This document shows, one piece after another, positions 1-7,984 of a stretch of 49,468 nt of DNA. The notes beneath the pieces are model-generated. The model was not told the origin of the DNA. It saw only the letters and a program-made list of their open reading frames with translations, and ran no database searches. The first letter of the stretch is position 1, and each line of letters starts with the position of its first letter. The stretch lies in the sequence record SRR20825019_1320. One strand, 5' to 3'. Both the position numbers and the translations under genes were made by a program.

Positions 1-25
1 AAACCAAGGAATTTTTAATGGAAAA

Positions 26-622
26 ATGGATATAGGTTATGAAAAAGAGCAGTTTACCTGCCTGAGCATCAAAATTTCGATTGCCCTAAAGTATCGAAGG
101 TTTTGCAGGAGACATGGACATTCCCAATCCCTGACCCTGTTGGCCATGGTGGAGTTTTTTGAACATAACGGGATCTCCCCGGACGAACGGATGCACGAGA
201 CCATCGCCAGCCTCAAATACCTGATCAAACGCCGCTTCAATGCCATGGTCGCCATCATGCGGAGCATCGAAAAGGAACAGACCCTGCCCACGGTCAGTAT
301 GATCCAGGCGCTCTTTGAACAGGAACTGGAATCCAATGGGGAAGAACTGGACAATGATTTTGACTTTATCGAACAGCAACTGACGGAGACCAGGAAGCCT
401 TTGGAACCGGAATCCTTTGATGGGGAGATTACCGTTCCGAGGATAAGATTCGAACGTTTGGAGGAGCAATTGGAGGAGTTGAAAAGTGACTTTGGGCATG
501 TCCTTGACCATGTAGTGGAGAGCAGAAACCCATTGGTTAAGAAACATTTGATCATGGATCTGAATCCTGGAGCAATTGAAAAATATAAAAGAAAGCTTAA
601 AAATTTAAAGGATATGGTTTAA
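26..622 (+). CDS. BfmA/BtgA-family mobilization accessory protein
   Basis: N-terminal pattern (SQSLTLLAMVEFFEHNGISP...IKRRFNAMVAIMRSIEKEQTLPT) resembles Bacteroidota BfmA/BtgA proteins; lies inside the element. Confidence 0.7.
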   Translation: MDIGYEKEQFTCLSIKISIALKYRRFCRRHGHSQSLTLLAMVEFFEHNGISPDERMHETIASLKYLIKRRFNAMVAIMRSIEKEQTLPTVSMIQALFEQELESNGEELDNDFDFIEQQLTETRKPLEPESFDGEITVPRIRFERLEEQLEELKSDFGHVLDHVVESRNPLVKKHLIMDLNPGAIEKYKRKLKNLKDMV

Positions 623-1498
623 GCCCACTCCCTTTTCAATTTTCATCAAATGATCATATCGGAGTTTTTCATTCAGGTCCTTGAACCCGCAAAATAGTTC
701 CCTTCCATCCTTGAATTTGCTATGCTGTTCCAATAAAGACTTGGTCATGCTATCCCCGGCGCCATCGTTGTCCAAGAGTAGCTTACAGTGAGTGTAACCA
801 TCAATGAATCCTTTCAGGTTGTTGGCGAAAGCAAGGGAGTTTAAGACCACTATGTCCGAATCCACCAACCATGCCGGGCCAATGGCCTTTAGTGATAGAA
901 AATCGAACATGCCCTCGACAACTGCTAAATACTTTCTATCCTCTTTAATATAGGTTATGGCCTTGGGTGAGGAACATAGTTTTTGAAAGCTGTTTCGGAG
1001 CTCCCATCCTCCCTTTCTATTTTCGAGGCCGATGGCAAAAAAATCCCGGTTGCCCATTTTGAAATGAACCTCCTTTACATAGGAACGTGCAATGGCCATT
1101 GGGATACACCTATGCTCTAGATATTGCACTAGTGCTGGTTGGTATATATCCATTACTTCCCCAACGATGATGCCTTTCTTGGTCTTGGCCGTTGCTTTTA
1201 TCGGGGCAGGGGACATGGAATATGAACCTTCATCCAATAGTTCCAATACCTCGGACACGGAAGAACCGGTAATTCTCGTCATCAGGTCAATTAGGTTTCC
1301 ACCAACGCCCTCCCCATGGTCATACCACCTGTTCAGGACTTTGGAGACCTTGAAAGAAGCTTTGGTCTCCTTTCGAAAAGGACTGAGGAACCATGCTTCC
1401 CTTTTGGATTCCCTAGTCGGGAAATGTCCCATATCCGCCAATGCAGATAAGATGCAAAGATTGCGTGCCGTTTCACAGTTCATTCTTTTTTCTTTCAT
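605..1498 (-). CDS. DnaG-like Toprim primase with degenerate CHC2-type N-terminal domain
   Basis: SPFR..E..ASF.V...WYDHG.G.GG N-terminal domain; Toprim motifs VVEGMFDFLS and LDNDGAG; start placed at MKEKR (1498) rather than 1579. Confidence 0.85.
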   Translation of the reverse strand: MKEKRMNCETARNLCILSALADMGHFPTRESKREAWFLSPFRKETKASFKVSKVLNRWYDHGEGVGGNLIDLMTRITGSSVSEVLELLDEGSYSMSPAPIKATAKTKKGIIVGEVMDIYQPALVQYLEHRCIPMAIARSYVKEVHFKMGNRDFFAIGLENRKGGWELRNSFQKLCSSPKAITYIKEDRKYLAVVEGMFDFLSLKAIGPAWLVDSDIVVLNSLAFANNLKGFIDGYTHCKLLLDNDGAGDSMTKSLLEQHSKFKDGRELFCGFKDLNEKLRYDHLMKIEKGVGLNHIL

Positions 1499-1517
1499 GG
1501 CTTTGTTGTTGGGTGAT

Positions 1518-1728
1518 TTTTGATGATTTGATGACAAATCTTTGGGGAGTCCTATTAACACTGATGGTTCCCAAGTCATCGTTTTATCATCGGTTCATCG
1601 TTTTATTTTTTTTCTTCATGGGCCCTGTCATCATTTTTTATTTTGATGACAAAATGATGATAAAGTGATGATAGCCTAAACCATTATAAACATTGGGATT
1701 TTCTCAATCTGTCATCAAATCATCAAAA
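1518..1728. repeat. Iteron-like TGATGA/TCATC repeat cluster bounded by a perfect 19-bp inverted repeat (putative element origin)
   Basis: TTTTGATGATTTGATGACA at 1518-1536 and its exact reverse complement at 1710-1728; TGATGA at 1644, 1655 and 1666 (11-bp period); TCATCG at 1576, 1587 and 1595. Confidence 0.75.
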
Positions 1729-2909
1729 TTTTGGACCAAAAATTCCTTTTTAATGGTAAAGTACCTCCCTTTGGCATCTTCGGCATTGATCTCACCGTTG
1801 TTCCAGATGGTTATTTTTTGGTACTTGTTGGAGTTCGGCTGGTTGTCCAGTTTCCAATCTTTCTTCAACAGCCTCCTCAGTTGGGTCAGATCGGTCTTGA
1901 CCCTTGTCCGATTGAGCAGGTGTAGGGCATCGATGGGACAGAGGTCTACTGAGTCCACATCAAATTTTTCCATGGCACTGACCAAGAGGCTGGCCAGTTC
2001 CTTTTCTACACGATTACGGTTGTTGTACACCAGTTTCTTTAATGCTGGGGTATATACTTCCTTTGGGGAAAACCACATCCGTGATCGTTGCAGGGAATGG
2101 AGCTTTCTTTTTGTCAAGTGATGTAAAAAGGTAGGGATTTCTTTTGTTAATTGTTCCAAATACTCCGTATCTTCTTTTTTTAATGGTGGTATTTTTCGTA
2201 CCCAGAACCTGGTCTCATGGGCATCGATCTTGATAAAGTTATCCTCGTTATTGCTACAAAGGATGAACTTGCCAAAAAATTCCACTTCCCTTTTGTCCTT
2301 GCCCTTGGCCTCCAATTTGTTTCGGTTGGTGGTACTCAGGTACTTGATGCGCTCGGTGAGTTCCTCTTTGTTGAACAACACCTCGTCAATACAAATCAAT
2401 AGTTTGTTGGCCCAATCCGAGTTGAACTGACTTCCGAAACTGTCATTGGTCAGATAGGTCAGGTTATTCCCGAAAATTTCCTTGAGCCATTTGAGAAAGG
2501 TACTTTTCCCAGTGTTCCTTTCCTTGGAAACCAGACACAGAATTGGAAGTATCTGGACAGGTTTTTGGTACAATAACTGCAGATAGTCCAGTCCCAATTT
2601 CAATTGATGTCCAAAAATATGTTTCAAAAAGGACAGGGTATGTGGAAAGTCCCCGGCTTGGAGCTCGTGCTCCAATGGTGAGTAGGTATTGTAAAACCCA
2701 TGGTGTTCTTTTTTGAAATCAACATGGCTGGGAATACAGGCGAACCCATCGTATTTTGGGACATTGCTTAAATAATCCTTTCCGTGGTCCTGTTTGATGA
2801 TGTGTTCGTTCCATGGTACCAGTAGCTCATTGAAATGTCCCGATATGGTGGGTATTCTGACCAACTTGTAAAAAGTGGTCCCAACCCTGATGTAGGGAAT
2901 ATTTTTCAT
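1704..2909 (-). CDS. Primase-associated P-loop helicase (DUF5906/SF3-like primase-helicase family)
   Basis: Walker A KERNTGKST, Walker B LICIDE, motif C ILCSNN; N-terminus MKNIPYIRVGTTFYK typical of Bacteroidota mobile elements. Confidence 0.8.
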   Translation of the reverse strand: MKNIPYIRVGTTFYKLVRIPTISGHFNELLVPWNEHIIKQDHGKDYLSNVPKYDGFACIPSHVDFKKEHHGFYNTYSPLEHELQAGDFPHTLSFLKHIFGHQLKLGLDYLQLLYQKPVQILPILCLVSKERNTGKSTFLKWLKEIFGNNLTYLTNDSFGSQFNSDWANKLLICIDEVLFNKEELTERIKYLSTTNRNKLEAKGKDKREVEFFGKFILCSNNEDNFIKIDAHETRFWVRKIPPLKKEDTEYLEQLTKEIPTFLHHLTKRKLHSLQRSRMWFSPKEVYTPALKKLVYNNRNRVEKELASLLVSAMEKFDVDSVDLCPIDALHLLNRTRVKTDLTQLRRLLKKDWKLDNQPNSNKYQKITIWNNGEINAEDAKGRYFTIKKEFLVQNFDDLMTD

Positions 2910-2967
2910 ATGTAATGATTTTTTAGCTATTTGGAGAAATAGCATGAGGTGTTGATATGAAACATGG

Positions 2968-3249
2968 CTATCCCTTTCTCAGGATATATTCAACCGCTTG
3001 GTCGTTGGTTTCACAGGTGGATTTTCTATCATTTCTCAACAGCCATTTGTTGAGACGATCGATGTCAAAATAAATCAACTTTCCGTTGGGCTTGCTATGG
3101 GGTATTTTACCTGCGGCGGTCAGTTTGTAGAGATAACTTCTGGATATCCCTGTGTAGTCACAGGCCTCGTCAAAAGTGAGTACCTTTTTTGATCCCAACA
3201 AAAGACGTTCGATGTTGTTGAGTTTCTCGTTTAATTCAATATTGTTCAT
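2968..3249 (-). CDS. Excisionase / MerR-like helix-turn-helix DNA-binding protein
   Basis: KKVLTFDEACDYTGISRSYLYKLT...IPHSKPNGKLIYF is the HTH_17 excisionase pattern; directly downstream of the integrase. Confidence 0.9.
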   Translation of the reverse strand: MNNIELNEKLNNIERLLLGSKKVLTFDEACDYTGISRSYLYKLTAAGKIPHSKPNGKLIYFDIDRLNKWLLRNDRKSTCETNDQAVEYILRKG

Positions 3250-3561
3250 TTTTTCGGATTTAAAAATTCAAAATGAACAAAGCGCTTTGTTTCCTATGGT
3301 AGAATTCTGTAGATAAAGGTAGGGAGAAAAGGCAGTTTAAAATATGTGGGCATTGGTGAAAATATTCACAAAATACAGATATACAGTAAGTTGTATTGTT
3401 TTGGTGTCGTTTGAATATAAATGACCTCAATGTCCAACAAAAATAATCAGGGGTTGGGCTGAAAAGTATGGGTTATCAACAAGGTAATTATAGAATCACA
3501 TATATTTTTTGGGCATAAGGGATTGGTTCAAGGACATAAGGACCAAATTCGGGAATTAAAT

Positions 3562-4725
3562 TCAGGACAATCCCATGGTTTCCAGATTCAACTTGGGAAG
3601 CATCTCCGCTGCTTGCTTCATCTTTTCATCAATGATCTTGGCATAGATTTGGGTGGTTCTGATTTCCCTGTGGCCCAATCGCTTGGATACCGTGTATATG
3701 TCCGCACCGTTTTCCAATAGTAGGACAGCATTGGTATGTCTTGCGGAGTGGAAAGTAATATGTTTGGTGATTCCCGCTTGCATGCACCATTTTAATAACT
3801 GAATGTTCATATGGGCACTGTAGCAGAGCCCAGTGAACACCCTGTCTTCGGGTTTCCGTCGTTCACCCAATAAATCTCTTGCCTGTTTCGATATATATAG
3901 GTATTCCACTCCATCGGTCTTTTTTTGTTTGAACACAATACGGTACATAGGTCTTCCCGATTGATCGGTCCCTTCATCACGTACTTCTTCCCATTTGAGT
4001 TTGTTAATATCCGACCATCTGACTCCGGTAAGGGCTGAAAAGAGGAAGGCGCGTTTGAGCTTTGGGAATCTGCATTCTGTTCTTGCCAGGTTCTGAAGCT
4101 CTTGGGAAGTGAGGTATTCCCTGGTAGATTCGGCCATGGTAAATCCTTTGACCTTTTTTACCAAATTCTCTTTTAGGAATCCCTCATCGAATGCTGCCCT
4201 GAGACAAGCCTTGAACTTATTGAAATAGGTATGCTTGGTATTCTGGGATAATTTTTTCTCACTTTTGGTGACCGCTACAGTGTCCAGGTACTTTCTAAAG
4301 CCTTTTATGAAATCCACATCGACATCATGGAATGTGATGTGTTCGGGACAGTACTTTTCCAAATGCTTTTGAGCGGCATCCCAGTTGTCATAATTGCCCT
4401 TGGTCTCATAGCGTTCCTCTTTTTTAAGTTCATAATAGGAAAGAAATGTTGTTTTACCCTTGAAGTTGTTCTGTATTTTGAATTTTCCTTGATAGACTTC
4501 AGCTTTTCGGATCGCCAGGATTTTCTTGGCCAATTCTAGTTGTTCCTTATTGGTCCTTTTATCTTGAGCTGTTTGGGGGTCATTTATTAAATAAAGATCT
4601 AGATATTCAAATTCTCGAAAATGTTTAATTTTATTCTTGGAGGTGCTTTTATGACCTTTATAATATTCAATATAAAGGCTCGTTTTTCCACTTTTGAGTT
4701 TTTTCTTTTTGAGGTGTATTTTCAT
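3562..4725 (-). CDS. Tyrosine recombinase / site-specific integrase (Bacteroidota type)
   Basis: Catalytic residues intact: R (TGVRWSD), K (QKKT), HxxR (HSARHT), H (LGH), Y (TQIYA); N-terminal arm-binding segment KKKLKSGKTSLYIEYY; ATG at 4725. Confidence 0.95.
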   Translation of the reverse strand: MKIHLKKKKLKSGKTSLYIEYYKGHKSTSKNKIKHFREFEYLDLYLINDPQTAQDKRTNKEQLELAKKILAIRKAEVYQGKFKIQNNFKGKTTFLSYYELKKEERYETKGNYDNWDAAQKHLEKYCPEHITFHDVDVDFIKGFRKYLDTVAVTKSEKKLSQNTKHTYFNKFKACLRAAFDEGFLKENLVKKVKGFTMAESTREYLTSQELQNLARTECRFPKLKRAFLFSALTGVRWSDINKLKWEEVRDEGTDQSGRPMYRIVFKQKKTDGVEYLYISKQARDLLGERRKPEDRVFTGLCYSAHMNIQLLKWCMQAGITKHITFHSARHTNAVLLLENGADIYTVSKRLGHREIRTTQIYAKIIDEKMKQAAEMLPKLNLETMGLS

Positions 4726-4748
4726 TTGAGGTGTAAATGAGGTGTAAA
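4710..4748. repeat. Direct repeats TGAGGTGTA(AA), putative integrase arm-type sites
   Basis: TGAGGTGTAAA in tandem at 4727-4737 and 4738-4748; third TGAGGTGTA at 4710-4718. Confidence 0.65.
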
Positions 4749-4866
4749 AATTACTTAAAAAAGGGGTAAGTAAGGAAGATGTTGGCAAAAAAGTTATAAT
4801 ATAAAGTGTTGATAACTAATAATATAGCATCAAATCGAATCAAATTAAATCAAAAAAAATTGGCGC

Positions 4867-4884
4867 TTATTTGCCGATACAGAA
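4867..4884 (-). other. Putative att core: last 18 bp of mnmE (TTCTGTATCGGCAAATAA)
   Basis: Integrase starts 142 bp downstream of the mnmE stop; the trmE 3' end is an established integration hotspot; the second copy would lie outside the window. Confidence 0.6.
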
Positions 4885-6237
4885 ATTGGAAAAAATGTTG
4901 CCCAAAAGGTCATCAGTGGTAACGCTTCCCGTAATTTCCCCTAAGTGATAGAGTGCCTGTCGAATATCGATGGCCATCAAATCACTGGAAAGCTCCATGT
5001 CCAAACCTTCTTTTACTTTTTGGATTTCTTCCAAAGCTTTCAATAGCGCATCGTAGTGTCGACTATTTGTAATGATGGTGGTATCGCCGCTCAATGCCCC
5101 TGAATCCACCAAAGAAAGAAGCTTGCTTTCAAGTTCGGGAATCCCTTCTTTAAATTTTGCTGAAAGGAATAGTACATTGGGTATTTCGGATGTTATTTTT
5201 TCTTTCTGCCCAAGGCTCAGCAAATCCATTTTATTGCAGATTGGCAACAATTGTTTGTTAGGGTAGCGTTTTTGAATCAGGTCGAGTTCTGCTTTGTCAA
5301 ATTCCATCCCGTCAAAAAGGTAAATGATGAGACGGGCCTTTTCAATTTTGTCGAAGGTGCGTTCAATCCCAATTTTTTCAACAATATCAACAGTTTCCCT
5401 GATTCCTGCGGTATCGATAAACCTGAAATTGATGCCTTTGATGCTGATATGGTCTTCGACGGTATCACGAGTGGTACCTGCAATCTCGCTTACTATGGCT
5501 CTTTCCTCGTTGAGCAGAACATTGAGCAGGGTCGATTTTCCCACATTCGGTTGGCCCACAATGGCCACGGGTATTCCGTTTTTGATGACGTTGCCAAGTG
5601 CGAAGGAATCAATCAACTTTTTAAGTACCGAACTGATGCGATTCAACAACTCGTTGAACTGGGTTCTATCGGCAAATTCCACATCTTCTTGGGAGAAGTC
5701 AAGTTCCAGTTCAATCAATGATGCAAAATTCAACAACTCTTGTCGCAATTCCTGAATTTCGTTGCTGAATCCACCGCGCATCTGTTGCATCGCAATGTCG
5801 TGGGCAGCTTCGCTATCACTGGCAATAAGGTCGGCCACAGCTTCGGCCTGGCTTAAATCCATTTTACCATTCAGGAAAGCCCTTAAGGTAAACTCCCCGG
5901 CCGATGCAGAACGACAACCATTCCTTAACAATAATTGAATAATTTGTTGTTGAATAAAAGGGGAGCCGTGACACGAAATCTCCACCACATTTTCACCTGT
6001 GTAGGAATGTGGCCCTTTAAAAATGGACACCAATGCCTCATCCAGAATTTTATCACCATCAACGATATTTCCCAAATGGATGGTGTGACTCTTTTGTTCC
6101 ACCAACTTTTTATTTTTTATAGACTTGAACAATGGGTCCATCAATGTAATGGCATCCGGTCCAGAGACCCTGATTACTGCAATCGCCCCTGTTCCTGAAG
6201 GCGTTGCCAAGGCTACAATGTTATCTGTATACGACAT
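4867..6237 (-). CDS. mnmE: tRNA modification GTPase MnmE
   Basis: IVALATPSGTGAIAVIRVSG, GQPNVGKS, GTTRD, DTAG, NKMD and C-terminal FCIGK. Confidence 0.98.
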   Translation of the reverse strand: MSYTDNIVALATPSGTGAIAVIRVSGPDAITLMDPLFKSIKNKKLVEQKSHTIHLGNIVDGDKILDEALVSIFKGPHSYTGENVVEISCHGSPFIQQQIIQLLLRNGCRSASAGEFTLRAFLNGKMDLSQAEAVADLIASDSEAAHDIAMQQMRGGFSNEIQELRQELLNFASLIELELDFSQEDVEFADRTQFNELLNRISSVLKKLIDSFALGNVIKNGIPVAIVGQPNVGKSTLLNVLLNEERAIVSEIAGTTRDTVEDHISIKGINFRFIDTAGIRETVDIVEKIGIERTFDKIEKARLIIYLFDGMEFDKAELDLIQKRYPNKQLLPICNKMDLLSLGQKEKITSEIPNVLFLSAKFKEGIPELESKLLSLVDSGALSGDTTIITNSRHYDALLKALEEIQKVKEGLDMELSSDLMAIDIRQALYHLGEITGSVTTDDLLGNIFSNFCIGK

Positions 6238-6242
6238 GGGCA

Positions 6243-6250
6243 CAAAAGTA
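6243..6250 (-). promoter_or_regulatory. Bacteroidota -7 promoter box (TACTTTTG) of mnmE
   Basis: Matches TAnnTTTG, only 5 nt upstream of the ATG. Confidence 0.6.
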
Positions 6251-6323
6251 CGAATTCATGCGTGTTTGTAACATTTTTAGTGATTTGAATACTAATAAGA
6301 TGAATCATCAAAATCAATCAAAA

Positions 6324-6686
6324 ATGGAAGTTATAAATCAAAAAGCGGTCAGAACAGACAATACCTTGTTGGCCGTGACGCATCTTACGCAACTGTTATC
6401 CTATGTAACCGGCTTTGGAAGCCTAATCGTTCCTTTGATTATTTGGTTGTCCTCCAAAGATAGGGTCGAGGGTATGAACGAACATGGAAAGGCCATCATC
6501 AATTTTCAGATTAGCCTTATACTTTATATCATCATCAGTATTCCGGCCATTTTACTTTTGGGCTTGGGTATATTGGGTTTGATAGGAGTAGCAATCATTG
6601 GGTTTATATTGCCTATCGTAAATGCAGTGAAGGCTGCAAATGGTGAATCCCCATCACATTTTATGACGATCAGGTTTATATCGTAA
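6324..6686 (+). CDS. DUF4870-family membrane protein
   Basis: LAVTHLTQLL...PLIIW...HGKAIINFQIS...KAANGE pattern with several hydrophobic segments. Confidence 0.85.
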   Translation: MEVINQKAVRTDNTLLAVTHLTQLLSYVTGFGSLIVPLIIWLSSKDRVEGMNEHGKAIINFQISLILYIIISIPAILLLGLGILGLIGVAIIGFILPIVNAVKAANGESPSHFMTIRFIS

Positions 6687-6689
6687 AAC

Positions 6690-6722
6690 AAAAAAGCTGG
6701 AACAATTTGCTCCAGCTTTTTC
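6690..6722. terminator. Bidirectional intrinsic terminator
   Basis: AAAAAAGCTGGA-N9-TCCAGCTTTTTT between convergent genes. Confidence 0.85.
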
Positions 6723-6745
6723 AATTTTATGGTTGGGTAGTTAAT

Positions 6746-7864
6746 TTAGTTGTTCAGCATCACAGGCATCACCAACATCGTCACGTGCTCGCCTTCGTCC
6801 AATCCATCGATAGGGGTAAGGATTCCTGCTCTGTTTGGCAAACTCATTTCAAGTGAAACTTCATCCGAAGACAAATTGTTCAACATTTCCAGAAGAAATC
6901 TAGAGTTGAATCCAATCTGCATATCGTCTCCTTGATAGGAACAGGACAATCTTTCTTCCGCTTTGTTGCTGTAATCCACATCTTCGGCAGAAATATTGAG
7001 TTCAGCTCCTGCAATCTTCAAACGGATTTGATGCGTGGTCTTGTTGGAGAAAATGGAAACCCTTCTCACCGAGCTAAGGAATTGATTTCTTGCAATCGTT
7101 AATTTGTTCGGGTTTTCCTTTGGAATTACCGCTTCGTAGTTTGGATATTTTCCATCGATCAATCGACACACCAATTCTGTATTGTCAAAATAGAACTTGG
7201 CATTACTGTCATTGTATTCTATGGTCACTTCGGATTCGGAACCTGCCAAAATTCCTTTCAATAACGTCAAAGGCTTTTTGGGCATGATGAATTCCGCTAC
7301 TTGGGAAGCTGTTACATCTTGTCGTTGGTATTTCACCAATTTGTGCGCATCGGTGGCCACAAAGGTCAAATTCTCTGGAGAAAATTGGAAGAACACACCG
7401 CTCATTACGGGGCGAAGGTCGTCGTTTCCTGCAGCGAATATGGTCTTGTTGATAGCCGTTGCCAAAATATCGCCCAATAGGGTAGTGGAGCTCGGGTTGG
7501 AGACTTCCACCGCTTTCGGGAATTCCGCTCCATCGGCATAGGCCAAGGCATATTTACCGTGATTGGAACTAATTTCTACCGTGTTGTTGTCCTCAACAAC
7601 AAAGGTCAACGGTTGTTCAGGGAATGTTTTTAGGGTATCCAAAAGCAAACGAGCAGGAACTGCTATGGTTCCTTCGGAATCGGAATCCACTTCCAAAACA
7701 GTGCTCATGGTAGTTTCCAAATCGGATGCGGAAACCGTTAACTTACTTTCTTTAAGATCGAACAAAAAATTGTCAAGAATGGGCAAGGGGTTGCTATTGT
7801 TGATAACTCCTCCCAAAACCTGAAGCTGCTTCAATAAATATGTACTGGATACGATAAATTTCAT
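6746..7864 (-). CDS. dnaN: DNA polymerase III beta sliding clamp
   Basis: LTVSASDLE, VATDAHKL, GKYPNYEAVIP, IGFNSRFL, LVMPVML. Confidence 0.97.
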   Translation of the reverse strand: MKFIVSSTYLLKQLQVLGGVINNSNPLPILDNFLFDLKESKLTVSASDLETTMSTVLEVDSDSEGTIAVPARLLLDTLKTFPEQPLTFVVEDNNTVEISSNHGKYALAYADGAEFPKAVEVSNPSSTTLLGDILATAINKTIFAAGNDDLRPVMSGVFFQFSPENLTFVATDAHKLVKYQRQDVTASQVAEFIMPKKPLTLLKGILAGSESEVTIEYNDSNAKFYFDNTELVCRLIDGKYPNYEAVIPKENPNKLTIARNQFLSSVRRVSIFSNKTTHQIRLKIAGAELNISAEDVDYSNKAEERLSCSYQGDDMQIGFNSRFLLEMLNNLSSDEVSLEMSLPNRAGILTPIDGLDEGEHVTMLVMPVMLNN

Positions 7865-7984
7865 CAACGAAATACTTTAGTATAGTTGCTTTTTGTGCAA
7901 TTAATTCGCGTTTTACGGCCTGTAAAATCAATAAAAACAAATATATCCCAAATGGATTTAGCAGAGAAACAAATTTATCAACAC

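Larger units (their letters stand above)
1..4884. mobile_element. Integrative mobilizable / satellite-like element inserted at the 3' end of mnmE (trmE); continues beyond the window start
   Basis: Integrase, excisionase, primase-helicase and Toprim primase run co-directionally immediately downstream of the mnmE stop codon, followed by a BfmA-like mob gene; repeat-rich att arm at 4710-4860. Confidence 0.9.

Noticed and set aside
37-555. Long antisense ORFs over the BfmA-like gene, and similar shadow ORFs (1092-1523, 5251-5755, 9763-10305, 10398-11054, 25802-26305, 35729-36316, 48694-49197)
   Set aside because: They lie opposite well-supported genes and show no recognisable motifs; typical antisense shadows.
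7975-7983. TTATCAACA DnaA-box-like site upstream of dnaN (also at 3473-3481) as a sign of oriC
   Set aside because: Isolated one-mismatch matches with no box cluster and no dnaA nearby.
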